Origin: Actinomycetota bacterium | GTDB lineage: Bacteria > Actinomycetota > Actinomycetes > S36-B12 > UBA5976 | Assembly: GCA_009918005.1 (NCBI GenBank) | Contig: RGDC01000002.1 | Span: 1-60,014 of the forward strand | Direction of reading: 5' to 3' | Length of the DNA stretch: 60,014 nt | Shown: positions 37,101 through 47,330 of the stretch, in pieces | Layout of the letters: each line of letters opens with the position of its first letter | Numbering within the stretch: position 1 is the stretch's first letter | Position numbers and translations under genes: made by a program | Notes under the pieces: generated by a model | The model's input: the letters and a program-made list of their open reading frames with translations, nothing else | Database searches by the model: none | What the model was told of the DNA's origin: nothing

Positions 37101-37599
37101 GGTTGAAGAAGTTAAATCCGGTGGAACAGCAATTGTGGAAGACATAGTAAAAGTGGAACTACCTGTTGATGCTCACCTGCCGCATACTTATGTCCCAGAA
37201 GAGAGACTTCGTCTTGAGGCTTACCGACGCCTGGCAGATGCTAGAACTAATGAAGACGTCACGGGAGTGGTTGAGGAGTTAACTGACCGATACGGGTCGA
37301 TGCCGATGCCGGTTGAAACTTTGGTTTCCATCGCCAGATTGCGAGTCTCGTTGCAGGCGGTTGGCATAACTGAAGTGATTGCAACTTCGAGCCATGTGAA
37401 GTTTTCCCCAGTCGAACTTCCAGAATCTAAAGTGCTTCGTTTAAACCGGCTTTATCCAGGATCGGTCATAAAGCCTGCAACTCGTACGATTGTGGTGCCT
37501 AGACCTAAAGGTGCCCTGATTGGATCGGCAAATCAGGCTGCTGATGTTGATCTCGTGGAGTGGGTTAATACCTGGGTGTCATCAACAGTTGCATCTTAG
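34120..37599 (+). CDS. mfd: Transcription-repair coupling factor
   Basis: ATG 34120 overlaps the cysQ stop (ATGA). It has a UvrB-homology N-terminus, a CarD-like block (GDYVVHEQHGVGRY), helicase motifs GDVGYGKTE, DEEQRFG and SATPIPRT, and a TRG region. Confidence 0.92.
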   Translation: MTLKLVSDAIGKDKIVQGALTDLNSGLQVRLAVTKSAIPYVAATVAKTRPVVLIAATERAAQDLANSLIDFVPEENIAVFPAWETLPHERLSPSSDTVGRRMAVLRRLSHPNEVAPISVLITSARAFIQPIVAGLGDVPALKISTGDDFSLERLVTELSRLGFDRVDLVDRRGQFAVRGGIVDLFPPALEHPLRVEFWGDMVEEIRTFSIADQRSLGIAVDQIFATACRELLITDDVAAKAKSMISAHPELSEMLEKIAAGIAAEGMESLIPVLVPKLEMLVDVIDVKSVIIEAEPERLETRAFELVSTSAEFLEASWSNATAGNVSPIDLEASAFRDYRELRESSNSHAWLGLTTLVGPDDESPDLEATPDYRSKIEDFVSDIRKWWKSGSRVAVSMAGHGSTERLVATLMEFGIPARQTEELTSDLKDEVIEVTVGHQESGINVVSAGLVLVTEVDLFGSRDASKENRSLPSKRRVVIDPLTLKSGDYVVHEQHGVGRYIEMSQRTVANATREYLVIEYSASKRGQRGDRLYVPSDQLDQVTRYVGGEAPSLNRLGGGDWAATKSRARRAVRQIAGELIRLYAARMASKGFAFSPDSPWQRELEDAFEYVETPDQLVTIDEVKRDMENDIPMDRLVCGDVGYGKTEIAVRAAFKAVQDGKQVAILVPTTLLVQQHFETFSRRYAQFPVKLAALSRFQTDAQVRQVMSGITDGSIDMVIGTHRLFNPEVKFRDLGLVIVDEEQRFGVEHKEHLKALRTNVDMLTMSATPIPRTLEMAVTGLREMSTIQTPPEERHPVLTTVGPYDEKFITAAIHRELIRDGQIFFVHNRVESINRVAGKLAELVPEARIAVAHGQMNENTLEQIIVDFWEHKYDILVSTTIIESGLDIPNANTLIVDRADTFGLSQLHQLRGRVGRSRERGYAYFLYSPDKPLSENAHDRLSTIAAHTDLGSGMAVAMKDLEIRGAGNLLGGEQSGHIADVGFDLYVRLVSEAVEEVKSGGTAIVEDIVKVELPVDAHLPHTYVPEERLRLEAYRRLADARTNEDVTGVVEELTDRYGSMPMPVETLVSIARLRVSLQAVGITEVIATSSHVKFSPVELPESKVLRLNRLYPGSVIKPATRTIVVPRPKGALIGSANQAADVDLVEWVNTWVSSTVAS

Positions 37600-37637
37600 T
37601 AATAAAATTGAGAAGTTGGTTCTTGAAAGGAACATCT

Positions 37638-38258
37638 GTGAAACTTCGTTTAGTTGCAACTATGGTACTTGGCGTTGCATTACTAACCGGATGCTCCGAT
37701 TCTCCAAAGCTAGCTGGCAGCGCTGTAGTAGTTAACGGCAAAGTAATCCCAGCCTCTGCCGTGTCGGATCGCGTTGACAAAGTTCGCAGCCAGATTCAAA
37801 TTACGGATCCATCACTAATTAATGAAGTTCCGAGCCTGATCCAACTAAATCAGCGGGCCGTCGATCATTTTGTGCTTGATGCACTTCTAGACGAAGTTGT
37901 TACTCGTGAAGGTATCAAAGTTACCGAGCGCGATGTTGTCGCATATCGAGATGAAGTGTTTGCTCAATATGCAAAAGAGACAATCGAAGCACAACTTGCA
38001 GCTCAAAATGCAGTTCCTGCTGACGATGTAGATGGCTTCATGTACGAAATCTTGGTGCAGAGAGCACTTATGGAAAAATTGGCGCCGGGTGCCGACAAGC
38101 AAACTCGCACACAGGCGCTATTTGACTACTTAACAAGTTTGAGCCACGAGTTAGATGTGGAATTGAATCCTAGGTTTGGCAAGTGGGATCCAAGTAATCT
38201 CATCAGTACCCCGGGCGACCAGACACTGGCCGTTCCGCTAACTGTTTCAAAGGGTTAA
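37638..38258 (+). CDS. Lipoprotein with SurA N-terminal-like chaperone domain
   Basis: GTG 37638 is preceded by a GAAAGGA SD. Lipobox LLTGCS. The remainder is helical and resembles SurA-N/PpiC-associated domains. Weak family call. Confidence 0.55.
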   Translation: MKLRLVATMVLGVALLTGCSDSPKLAGSAVVVNGKVIPASAVSDRVDKVRSQIQITDPSLINEVPSLIQLNQRAVDHFVLDALLDEVVTREGIKVTERDVVAYRDEVFAQYAKETIEAQLAAQNAVPADDVDGFMYEILVQRALMEKLAPGADKQTRTQALFDYLTSLSHELDVELNPRFGKWDPSNLISTPGDQTLAVPLTVSKG

Positions 38259-38259
38259 T

Positions 38260-38919
38260 TTGAGCACGGATTCACCTGTTGAACAACTAGTCCAGGTGAT
38301 TGACCAATTAAGAAGCCCAGGTGGCTGTCCATGGGATGCTGAACAAACTCACGCGAGCCTGGCCCGTTATTTGCTGGAAGAGACCTACGAAGCACTTGAG
38401 GCTATGGATCAGGGCGATCTAGGTTCACTACGTGAAGAATTAGGCGACCTACTTTTACAAGTGGTTTTTCATGCTCGAATCGCCCAGGAATCTGATGCCA
38501 CATTTTCACTCGATGCAATTGCGCAGGGTGTTGTCGATAAATTAGTTCGGCGTCACCCACATGTGTTTACTGATTTAGTTGTCTCGTCAACAGAAGAGCT
38601 TGAAGCAAACTGGGCCAAAGTTAAGCAAGAAGAAAAGCAACGCGAATCGGTAACTGACGGTGTGCCACTGGCAATGCCAGCATTACAACTTGCAACTCAA
38701 CTCATCTATCGAGCTCGGAAAAGTGGAGTAGTTGCCGGAGACACCCAGGTTAAAGAAGGACTACGAAACTTAATTGGGGAAGTTACTGAGGAACAGATTG
38801 CTGCGCTGCTTGTAGCAACTTTAGAACTTGCTCGTGAGATAGACATTGAAGCGGAGTCTGTACTGCGCGCCGAAATGATGCGCTACCGCAGCAGAGTCCG
38901 AGAATCTGAAGGCCTTTAA
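38260..38919 (+). CDS. mazG: Nucleoside triphosphate pyrophosphohydrolase MazG
   Basis: GGCPWDAEQTH.SL..YLLEETYE..EA and EELGDLLLQVVFHA motifs. 219 aa (one full MazG domain and one degenerate). TTG start. Confidence 0.8.
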   Translation: MSTDSPVEQLVQVIDQLRSPGGCPWDAEQTHASLARYLLEETYEALEAMDQGDLGSLREELGDLLLQVVFHARIAQESDATFSLDAIAQGVVDKLVRRHPHVFTDLVVSSTEELEANWAKVKQEEKQRESVTDGVPLAMPALQLATQLIYRARKSGVVAGDTQVKEGLRNLIGEVTEEQIAALLVATLELAREIDIEAESVLRAEMMRYRSRVRESEGL

Positions 38920-38996
38920 CTGACGGCTTTTTAAGGGTCTATGCAAAATCGCTAGACTTTGACTTACGGCGAGGGAGCCTCGCAGTAAATTTTTGA

Positions 38997-40292
<1,296 letters not shown>

Positions 40293-40310
40293 GCACGGCA
40301 CAATTAAGAC

Positions 40311-40754
40311 GTGGCCTCTTCTCCAAGGATTTCTCCCAGAATAAATGCGCGCGCAATTGCAATGATCCTCGCGGGCGTATTTATCATGCTGACTTTGGCG
40401 GTTCCCCTGCGTGCTTTGATTCAAGAACGACGTGATATCAAAGTTTTGGAACAACAAGTTGTTTCACAGCAAACCAAAATTGATGACTTAAATAATCGTC
40501 GAGCGCGTCTTGCCGATCCCGCTTATCTGCAAGCACTAGCTCGGGAACGTCTCAATTATGTGTTCCCAGGCGAAATTGGCTTTGTTGTTCTCGATGAAGA
40601 AACCAGTACGGCGATCACTGGTGTTCCCGGAGCTCTAGTTCCTAATGATGATTCATCGTGGTACACAAAATTATGGAGCAGTACCAAGCTTGCAGACAAT
40701 CCGCCAGCAGCCAATGATCCATTAGTTGTGCAATCCGACGATTTACCTCAGTAA
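40311..40754 (+). CDS. ftsB: Septum formation initiator FtsB/DivIC family
   Basis: A single TM is followed by a coiled coil and the ADPAYLQALARERLNYVFPGE motif. It follows eno as Rv1024 does. Confidence 0.75.
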   Translation: MASSPRISPRINARAIAMILAGVFIMLTLAVPLRALIQERRDIKVLEQQVVSQQTKIDDLNNRRARLADPAYLQALARERLNYVFPGEIGFVVLDEETSTAITGVPGALVPNDDSSWYTKLWSSTKLADNPPAANDPLVVQSDDLPQ

Positions 40755-40758
40755 CACA

Positions 40759-41265
40759 ATGCTGACCCCAGAAGATTTTGCAGCAGTTCGTGCCCAGCTG
40801 GGCCGGGATCCAAGAAGCGTGATTGAGGTGGCACATCGCTGCTCATGTGGTCAGCCAGATGTTTTAAAAACGTCGCCTCGCTTGGACGATGGCACACCAT
40901 TTCCAACGCTGTATTACATGACTTGCCCGAAGGCCACAGGTGCAATCGGAACCCTTGAAGCAAATGGCGTTATGAAAGAACTTGCTGATGCATTAGCTGC
41001 AGATGCTGAATTAGCAGCAAGTTATGAAGCTGCTCATGAAATCTATTTGCAAGAGCGCGAAGCAATTGAACACGTTGAAGAAATTGCTGGAATCAGTGCG
41101 GGCGGAATGCCCACACGAGTGAAGTGCTTACATGTTTTAATTGGACACTCACTTGCAGCTGGCCCAGGCGTCAATCCACTTGGGGATAAGGCGCTAGCAA
41201 TGCTCAAGGACTGGGGACAAACGGGACCATGCGGGGGTGAAGACATTGAGAGTGGCAGCAATTGA
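40759..41265 (+). CDS. DUF501 domain-containing protein (Rv1025-like)
   Basis: Internal ATG 40759 lies just after the ftsB stop. The CSCGQP...GTPFPTLYYMTCP block is typical of DUF501. Confidence 0.75.
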   Translation: MLTPEDFAAVRAQLGRDPRSVIEVAHRCSCGQPDVLKTSPRLDDGTPFPTLYYMTCPKATGAIGTLEANGVMKELADALAADAELAASYEAAHEIYLQEREAIEHVEEIAGISAGGMPTRVKCLHVLIGHSLAAGPGVNPLGDKALAMLKDWGQTGPCGGEDIESGSN

Positions 41266-42178
41266 TTGCGGTACTAATTCAATTCGGTTATTGATCGCTG
41301 ATATCGAAAATGGAAAGCTAACCGATGTAGTGCGAACCATGGTTATTGTTCGATTAGGTGAGGGTGTTGACAAGACAGGGGAATTTTCGCAAGCGGCTCT
41401 GACTCGAACTTTTGCCGCGATCGATACTTATGCAACCTTAATTGCAGATCACAAACCTGAGCTCGTTCGATTCGTAGCAACAAGTGCAAGTCGAGATGTT
41501 TCTAATCGTGACGAGTTTGTAGCTGGAATTTTGGCCCGACTTGGAATCGAACCCGACATCATCAGTGGAGACGAAGAAGCTGAACTTTCATTTTTGGGAG
41601 CCACTGCTGATTTATTGAACTTTGACGCAGCACCAGTCGCGCCCTATCTAGTAATTGATATTGGCGGCGGCTCAACCGAATTTGTTCTTGGTACAACCAA
41701 GCCAACTGCCGCCATTAGTACAAATGTGGGCTGTGTGCGGATGACTGAACGTCACTTGATTAGCGATCCAGCAACAACGGAACAAATTGCTGCTGCGACT
41801 GCAGACATAGACGCTGCAATTGATCAGGCATACCTAGCTGTCCCAATTTCGCAAGCCAAAAGCCTGATTGGTCTAGCTGGCTCGGTAACAACTGTTGCTG
41901 CCTTGGCACTAGGCCTAACTGAATATGACTCAGTAGCAATACATGGCAGTCACATTTCAGCTCAAGATGTGCATCGAGTCACGCAAGAACTATTGACCAT
42001 GACGCGGGCGCAGCGGGCAACGTTAGGACCAATGCATGAAGGCCGAATTGACGTAATTGGTTCGGGAGCATTGGTGCTTGACCGAATTATGGCTCGGACT
42101 GGGCTGTCTGAAGTAGTGGTTTCGGAACGGGACATTCTTGATGGCATTGCCCGAGCCTTAGTATCCAACCCCAGTTAG
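41237..42178 (+). CDS. ppx: Ppx/GppA family phosphatase (Rv1026-like)
   Basis: RVAAIDCGTNSIRLL, VATSASRD and DIGGGSTEF motifs. The start is ambiguous: GTG 41237, or TTG 41246 which would give MRVAAID. Confidence 0.8.
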   Translation: MKTLRVAAIDCGTNSIRLLIADIENGKLTDVVRTMVIVRLGEGVDKTGEFSQAALTRTFAAIDTYATLIADHKPELVRFVATSASRDVSNRDEFVAGILARLGIEPDIISGDEEAELSFLGATADLLNFDAAPVAPYLVIDIGGGSTEFVLGTTKPTAAISTNVGCVRMTERHLISDPATTEQIAAATADIDAAIDQAYLAVPISQAKSLIGLAGSVTTVAALALGLTEYDSVAIHGSHISAQDVHRVTQELLTMTRAQRATLGPMHEGRIDVIGSGALVLDRIMARTGLSEVVVSERDILDGIARALVSNPS

Positions 42179-42224
42179 GAAGTTCTGGCATTACCTGTCA
42201 GGATTAAGCGGTGGAAAACACCAA

Positions 42225-42299
42225 GCCCCTGTAGCCCAATCGGTTAGAGGCACACGACTTAAAATCGTGCCAGTGTCGGTTCAAGTCCGACCAGGGGTA
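42225..42299 (+). tRNA. tRNA-Leu(UAA)-like gene with an atypically short (5-nt) variable region
   Basis: Acceptor gcccctg/caggggt (G1-U72), D arm gcc-caatcggttaga-ggc, anticodon arm cacga-ctTAAaa-tcgtg, variable ccagt, T arm gtcgg-ttcaagt-ccgac, A73. CCA is encoded at 42300-42302. See findings. Confidence 0.7.
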
Positions 42300-42384
42300 C
42301 CAGAAATAGGTGTTTAGAAGGCTAGATTTGAGGGTAGAAATACTCACAAGTCGATTGTCACAAGACATTCAACGGGAGGAATAG

Positions 42385-43131
42385 ATGAGTAATCCAGTAT
42401 TAGTCCGAGCAACTGGCGAAACCTTGAACCCAGATGCAAGTGGTACAACCGTTGCACCAATCAGTGGCGCCCGAATGACGATGGATGATGTCATCGTCAA
42501 AACTGGGATGCTGTTTGCAATTCTTTTGGTTGGGGCTTTTGTTGGCTGGTCAGTTCCGAGCCTAACTTTCCCGGCATTGCTTGTAGGACTGGGACTTTCC
42601 CTAGTTAACATCTTTAAGAAAGAAGTTAGCCCGGCTTTAGTTTTGGCTTATGGCGCTGCTGAAGGTGTCTTCCTCGGTGGCATTAGTAACTTGTACTCCG
42701 CGGCCTATGCCGATACTGCCCCGAATCTAGTGTCACAAGCGGTAATTGGCACGTTTGTCGCTTTTGGCACAATGTTGTTCCTCTACAAATCCGGAATCAT
42801 CAAAGTTAATGGCAAGTTCAAGAAGGTATTCATGGTTGCCATGGTTTCCTACTTGGTCATCGCTGTAGCGTCCTTGATTTCGAGCTTCTTTGGCGTCGGT
42901 AGTGGCTGGGGCTTTTATGGAGTAGGTGGACTCGGTTTACTGCTTTGCGTAGCTGGCGTAGGCCTTGCCGCATTCTCATTAGTAATGGACTTCGAGTTGA
43001 TCACCCAAACTATTGCAGCAGGTGCACCTGAGAAAGAATCTTGGCGCATGGCTTTTGGCTTAATGGTGACGCTGGTTTGGTTATACCTGGAACTGCTTCG
43101 CCTCCTAGCAATTTTGCAGGGTCGCGACTAA
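42385..43131 (+). CDS. Bax inhibitor-1/YccA family membrane protein
   Basis: 248 aa with about 7 TMs. The N-terminus MSNPVL... and overall layout are typical of actinobacterial BI-1/YccA proteins. GGGAGG SD. Confidence 0.7.
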   Translation: MSNPVLVRATGETLNPDASGTTVAPISGARMTMDDVIVKTGMLFAILLVGAFVGWSVPSLTFPALLVGLGLSLVNIFKKEVSPALVLAYGAAEGVFLGGISNLYSAAYADTAPNLVSQAVIGTFVAFGTMLFLYKSGIIKVNGKFKKVFMVAMVSYLVIAVASLISSFFGVGSGWGFYGVGGLGLLLCVAGVGLAAFSLVMDFELITQTIAAGAPEKESWRMAFGLMVTLVWLYLELLRLLAILQGRD

Positions 43132-43148
43132 TCAATTTCTCGTTAAAA

Positions 43149-43179
43149 GTAGGGGTTGGCTTAGGTCAACCCCTACTTT
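43149..43179 (+). terminator. Rho-independent terminator candidate
   Basis: Perfect 10-bp stem gtaggggttg/caacccctac with an 8-nt loop, followed by a short TTT. It lies 18 nt after the BI-1 stop. Confidence 0.5.
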
Positions 43180-43217
43180 CATATGCGAAAAGACTAAATC
43201 CTTGGCAAAGTAGTTCT

Positions 43218-43802
43218 ATGACTGAAACGCACCTAGTTTTAAACACCGACATCCGTGGCCCTTGGCCTACTGGAACTGAAGTTATTTACTTTGGTATGGG
43301 TTGCTTCTGGGGAGCTGAGAAAAAGCTTTGGAAAATTCCAGGTGTCGTAAGTACTGCAGTTGGCTACATGGGTGGAACTGCTAATGACCCAACATATCCA
43401 ATGGTGTGCACCGGAACAACGGGTCATTCCGAAATTGTTTTGGTTGCCTACGATCCATCGCAAGTTTCTATGTACGAACTCTTAAAGTGTTTCTGGGAAA
43501 ATCACGATCCAACTCAAGGTAATCGCCAAGGTAACGACATCGGCACGCAGTACCGCAGTGCGGTTTATTGGACCACTCCCGAACAAGAAAACTGGGTAAA
43601 GGAATCTCGAAATGCCTACAACAACGTTTTGGTTGGCAAGGGTTTTGATCCAATAACCACTGAACTAGCACCAGCATCTGAATTCAAGTTCTGGTACGCC
43701 GAGGAATATCACCAGCAGTACCTGATTAAAAATCCAAATGGCTATGACTGCCATGCACACACTGGAATTTTGCTGCCAGAAATTGCAACTCTAAGTAATT
43801 AA
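43218..43802 (+). CDS. msrA: Peptide-methionine (S)-S-oxide reductase
   Basis: Internal ATG 43218. Has the GMGCFWGAEK active site, GHSE.V.V.YDP, and YHQQYL. Confidence 0.9.
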   Translation: MTETHLVLNTDIRGPWPTGTEVIYFGMGCFWGAEKKLWKIPGVVSTAVGYMGGTANDPTYPMVCTGTTGHSEIVLVAYDPSQVSMYELLKCFWENHDPTQGNRQGNDIGTQYRSAVYWTTPEQENWVKESRNAYNNVLVGKGFDPITTELAPASEFKFWYAEEYHQQYLIKNPNGYDCHAHTGILLPEIATLSN

Positions 43803-45023
43803 GTTTTCCGAAACTTTTGGCTTTCGAGTTTCTGGCATAAACAAAACCAACACAGTTGTCGCACTTGCCACCAAGAGACTTGCCGTAAATGGCCAAGCAA
43901 AACCGCCTGTTGAATCTGCTAAGAATCCGAACAACAGCGGTCCAACAATGATTCCAAGATCGCTCATCATTTGGTAGGTGGCAACTACTGGTCCACCTTT
44001 GCGTCCATCAACCACATCGCCGACAACTGCAGATGGAGCCCCACCTAGAAATGCGGCGCTCACACCCATGGCAACCATGGCTGAATAAAACCCGAGCAGA
44101 GTTTCACTTGCTACCAGACAGAGCATCGCAACAACAAGAAATAGGGTTCCAATAATCATCGAAGGCTTGCGACCTTTGGTATCTGTCATGCGACCAGCAG
44201 GTAGCAATAACGAAGCTTGAACCACGCTGGTTGCCAAGAAACCATAGCTTGAAGTAGCGGGACTTTTTTGGAGAACCGAAACGACAAATAGTGGAATTAG
44301 TGCGGATCTAAGTCCAAATGAAGTCATACCATTTGAAAGATTTACTACAAGTGCTGTCCAGTACGCACGTATTCTAAGTGCTGCGCGAAGTGCCATGGCT
44401 GGTTCTTGCACTTCCGAAGATTCGGAGGTGTCCTTAGTTGGATGACCAAGACCTTTTGGAAGTGCGAAGTACGCCGTGAGCGCAGCCAAACTGAGCGTGG
44501 CAGCGTAAACAAAAAACGGTGCCCGGATACTTATTCCAACTACTAGACCGCCAACAGCTGGACCAGCAAGCCCACCGAACAAGAATCCACTTTGATAAGT
44601 GCTGGCAGCGCGACCACGATGTTCTGAATCTACAGTGCGCAAAAGTAAGGACATTGAGGAAACTGTGAACATTGCGGAACCAGTTCCTCCAAGACCCCTA
44701 AGAAAAATTAGTTGTTCAAAGGTTTGGGAAAATCCGGCGAGCGCACTTGATGTTGCAACAATGCTTAGCCCGATCCATAAAACGCTTCTTTCTCCAAATT
44801 TATTAACTAACCAACCGCTAGGTGTAGCGCTAACAAACCGCATCAAGGCAAAAATGCTAATTACCGAGCTTGCTGCAAATGCGGATACTTCGAAGGACTT
44901 AGCAAACACCGGAATAATTGGGGCAACTATCCCAAAACCAAGAGCAACACAAAATGCAACTGCTGTTATTACGGCAACTTCTCTTGGCAGATCTTTAAAG
45001 TAGCGATCGAGTAATTTGCGCAT
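43791..45023 (-). CDS. MFS transporter
   Basis: 410 aa with about 12 TMs. An MFS loop motif (G.L.D..GRK-like: AGRMTDTKGRKP) is present. Confidence 0.8.
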   Translation of the reverse strand: MRKLLDRYFKDLPREVAVITAVAFCVALGFGIVAPIIPVFAKSFEVSAFAASSVISIFALMRFVSATPSGWLVNKFGERSVLWIGLSIVATSSALAGFSQTFEQLIFLRGLGGTGSAMFTVSSMSLLLRTVDSEHRGRAASTYQSGFLFGGLAGPAVGGLVVGISIRAPFFVYAATLSLAALTAYFALPKGLGHPTKDTSESSEVQEPAMALRAALRIRAYWTALVVNLSNGMTSFGLRSALIPLFVVSVLQKSPATSSYGFLATSVVQASLLLPAGRMTDTKGRKPSMIIGTLFLVVAMLCLVASETLLGFYSAMVAMGVSAAFLGGAPSAVVGDVVDGRKGGPVVATYQMMSDLGIIVGPLLFGFLADSTGGFAWPFTASLLVASATTVLVLFMPETRKPKVSENLIT

Positions 45024-45025
45024 TT

Positions 45026-46237
45026 TTAGTAGTGAGTCACAATTTCAAAACCATTTGCAACAATCCGAGCCAAGATCTGTTCACGATGTTCAAAGCCACG
45101 AGTTTCAAGTTCAAGTTCAACATCGACTTCGCTAATTGCTAATGCTGGGTTCATTCGGGTATGTGAAGTTTGAATGATGTTTGTTCCCAGCTCAGCCACG
45201 CAAGCCAAAAGTTTTGCGAGCGACCCAGGTTGATCAGTCAACCTGACTTGTACCATCAAGAATCTGCCTGAGGCAGCAAGGCCAGTTCGCAAGACCCGAC
45301 TAAGTAATAGGGGATCAATGTTGCCGCCGGATAGCGATGCAACTACTGGTCCGTCAAAAGAATCGGGATCATCCAGGATGGCGGCAACAGCTGCGATGCC
45401 TCCGGCCTCAACCTGTAGTTTGCTGCGTTCCAAAGTTAGTAACAGGGCACGCGCCAGAGAAGATTCACTAACAGTTCTAATTTCATCAACATGCTGCGCA
45501 ATGATTTGGAATGGCACGTCACCAGGTTTTCCAACTGCGATACCGTCAGCCATAGTTGACATTTTTGGCAGCATTTGTGGCGAGCCTGCAGCAAGAGAAG
45601 GTGGGTAGGCAGCTGCCATTTCGGCTTGGACGCCAATAACTTTTATGTCCGGCCGCAAACTTTTAATAGCTAGTGCAGTTCCAGCAAGCAATCCACCGCC
45701 ACCAGTGCAGACCACGACTGTTTTCACGTCAGGATTTTGCGCCAAGATCTCCAGACCCATAGTGCCTTGTCCGGCGACAATGTGTTCATGGTCGAATGGG
45801 TGAATAAAGACCGCGCCTGTTTCATTCGAAAACGCACTGGCAGCCATTAGGGCTTCGTCAATTGTTTTGCCATGAAAAATTACATCGGCGCCGTAGCCAA
45901 GTGTCGCTTGGTATTTAGGCAGTGTTGCACCTTCTGGCATGAAAATCGTTGCCTTGATTCCAAGAATCTGAGCGGCAAGAGCAACGCCCTGGGCATGGTT
46001 TCCTGCACTAGCTGCGACAACGCCGTTTCTGCGCTCGGATTCAGATAATCGAGCAATGCGGTTGTACGCACCACGAATTTTGAATGATCCAGCTCGTTGT
46101 AAATTTTCACACTTAAATGTGACATCAACTCCATATTTCTTTTCGATCCAGCCAGCATTAATGGACGGAGTCTTTTTAATTACGCCATCTAGCAACTTGG
46201 CTGCGTCTTTGATGTCCTCAAGATTTACTGGCTGCAC
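45026..46237 (-). CDS. ilvA: Threonine ammonia-lyase (short form with one ACT-like domain)
   Basis: PLP lysine motif GSFKIRGA, SAGNHAQGVA, the GGGGL loop, and a C-terminal regulatory domain. 403 aa, GTG start. Confidence 0.85.
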   Translation of the reverse strand: MQPVNLEDIKDAAKLLDGVIKKTPSINAGWIEKKYGVDVTFKCENLQRAGSFKIRGAYNRIARLSESERRNGVVAASAGNHAQGVALAAQILGIKATIFMPEGATLPKYQATLGYGADVIFHGKTIDEALMAASAFSNETGAVFIHPFDHEHIVAGQGTMGLEILAQNPDVKTVVVCTGGGGLLAGTALAIKSLRPDIKVIGVQAEMAAAYPPSLAAGSPQMLPKMSTMADGIAVGKPGDVPFQIIAQHVDEIRTVSESSLARALLLTLERSKLQVEAGGIAAVAAILDDPDSFDGPVVASLSGGNIDPLLLSRVLRTGLAASGRFLMVQVRLTDQPGSLAKLLACVAELGTNIIQTSHTRMNPALAISEVDVELELETRGFEHREQILARIVANGFEIVTHY

Positions 46238-46383
46238 GGGTCAATATTGGCACGGCAGAGCGCAACAATCTAATTGTCGAGTTTCATGAGGGATTCAGCC
46301 CATGGTGAAAGACAAGGAGTCTGTGGCCACTTTCATTGGTAAGTTAGGGGTAGAAGTAAACACCTTTAAGGATTTAGGCACAT

Positions 46384-47328
46384 ATGACTCTGGCAATTAA
46401 AGCATCAGGTTTGGCAAAAGCTTACGGAGATGTGATTGCACTCAATGGAATCGATATTGAAGTTGAGCAAGGTACGGTACTTGGATTACTAGGTCCAAAT
46501 GGTTCCGGCAAAACAACAACGGTAAGAATTCTGGCAACTTTGCTTCAGGCTGACAGCGGCTCTGCAAGCGTCGGCGGCTTTGATGTTGCAACTCAGCCAG
46601 ACGAAGTTCGCAGCGTAATCGGTCTGACCGGGCAGTACGCAGCAGTTGATGAGTATCTAACTGGGCGCGAAAATCTAGAACTTTTCGGTCGACTTTTTCA
46701 CTTGAGCAAATTTGATGCCGCAAAGCGCGCAACCGAACTACTTGATCGGTTTGATTTGTCGGATGCAGCTGATCGTGGAATTAAAGGTTATTCAGGTGGA
46801 ATGCGTCGACGCCTCGACTTGGCAGCGTCCTTAATTGGTCGACCAAATGTTTTGTTCTTGGACGAACCAACAACCGGCCTTGATCCGCGCAGTCGTCAAG
46901 GTATGTGGGCAGTAATTGAGGACCTAATTTCCGAAGGTACTACTGTGCTACTCACAACTCAGTATTTAGAAGAAGCAGACCAATTAGCTAACCGCATTGT
47001 TGTGCTTGATCATGACCGCATTGAGATCGTATGTGAGTCAGCCCAAGATGTGGCGAGGGCCGCAAGTTTGATTCAAGAATTTGGATCAGCACCAGCCACA
47101 TCTGAAGAAGTCGTAAAAACAGTCTTACTGCCAGTGGCAGGCGGTTCAACTGCGATCGTAAACATTGTTAGAAAGCTTGATGAAAATAAAATTGCAATTG
47201 CAGATATTGCACTTCGCAGGCCAACACTTGATGACGTATTCCTAAGTCTTACTGGTCATGCTACGGAAGCCGATGAGGCAATTTCAGCGCCTGCCAAGGG
47301 ACGACGAGGACGAAAGGCTAGGAGCTAA
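46384..47328 (+). CDS. ABC transporter ATP-binding protein (DrrA-like), with a missing conserved segment
   Basis: Walker A GPNGSGKTT, signature YSGGMRRR, Walker B LFLDEPT, TTQYLEEA, and C-terminal IALRRPTLDDVFL. VLDH runs directly into DRIEIV. See findings. Confidence 0.85.
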   Translation: MTLAIKASGLAKAYGDVIALNGIDIEVEQGTVLGLLGPNGSGKTTTVRILATLLQADSGSASVGGFDVATQPDEVRSVIGLTGQYAAVDEYLTGRENLELFGRLFHLSKFDAAKRATELLDRFDLSDAADRGIKGYSGGMRRRLDLAASLIGRPNVLFLDEPTTGLDPRSRQGMWAVIEDLISEGTTVLLTTQYLEEADQLANRIVVLDHDRIEIVCESAQDVARAASLIQEFGSAPATSEEVVKTVLLPVAGGSTAIVNIVRKLDENKIAIADIALRRPTLDDVFLSLTGHATEADEAISAPAKGRRGRKARS

Positions 47329-47330
47329 TC

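Noticed and set aside
42225-46300. tRNA-Leu locus as an integration site for a mobile element.
   Set aside because: There is no integrase or recombinase, and I noticed no direct repeat of the tRNA 3' end downstream. The flanking genes (BI-1, msrA, MFS, ilvA) are housekeeping-type.
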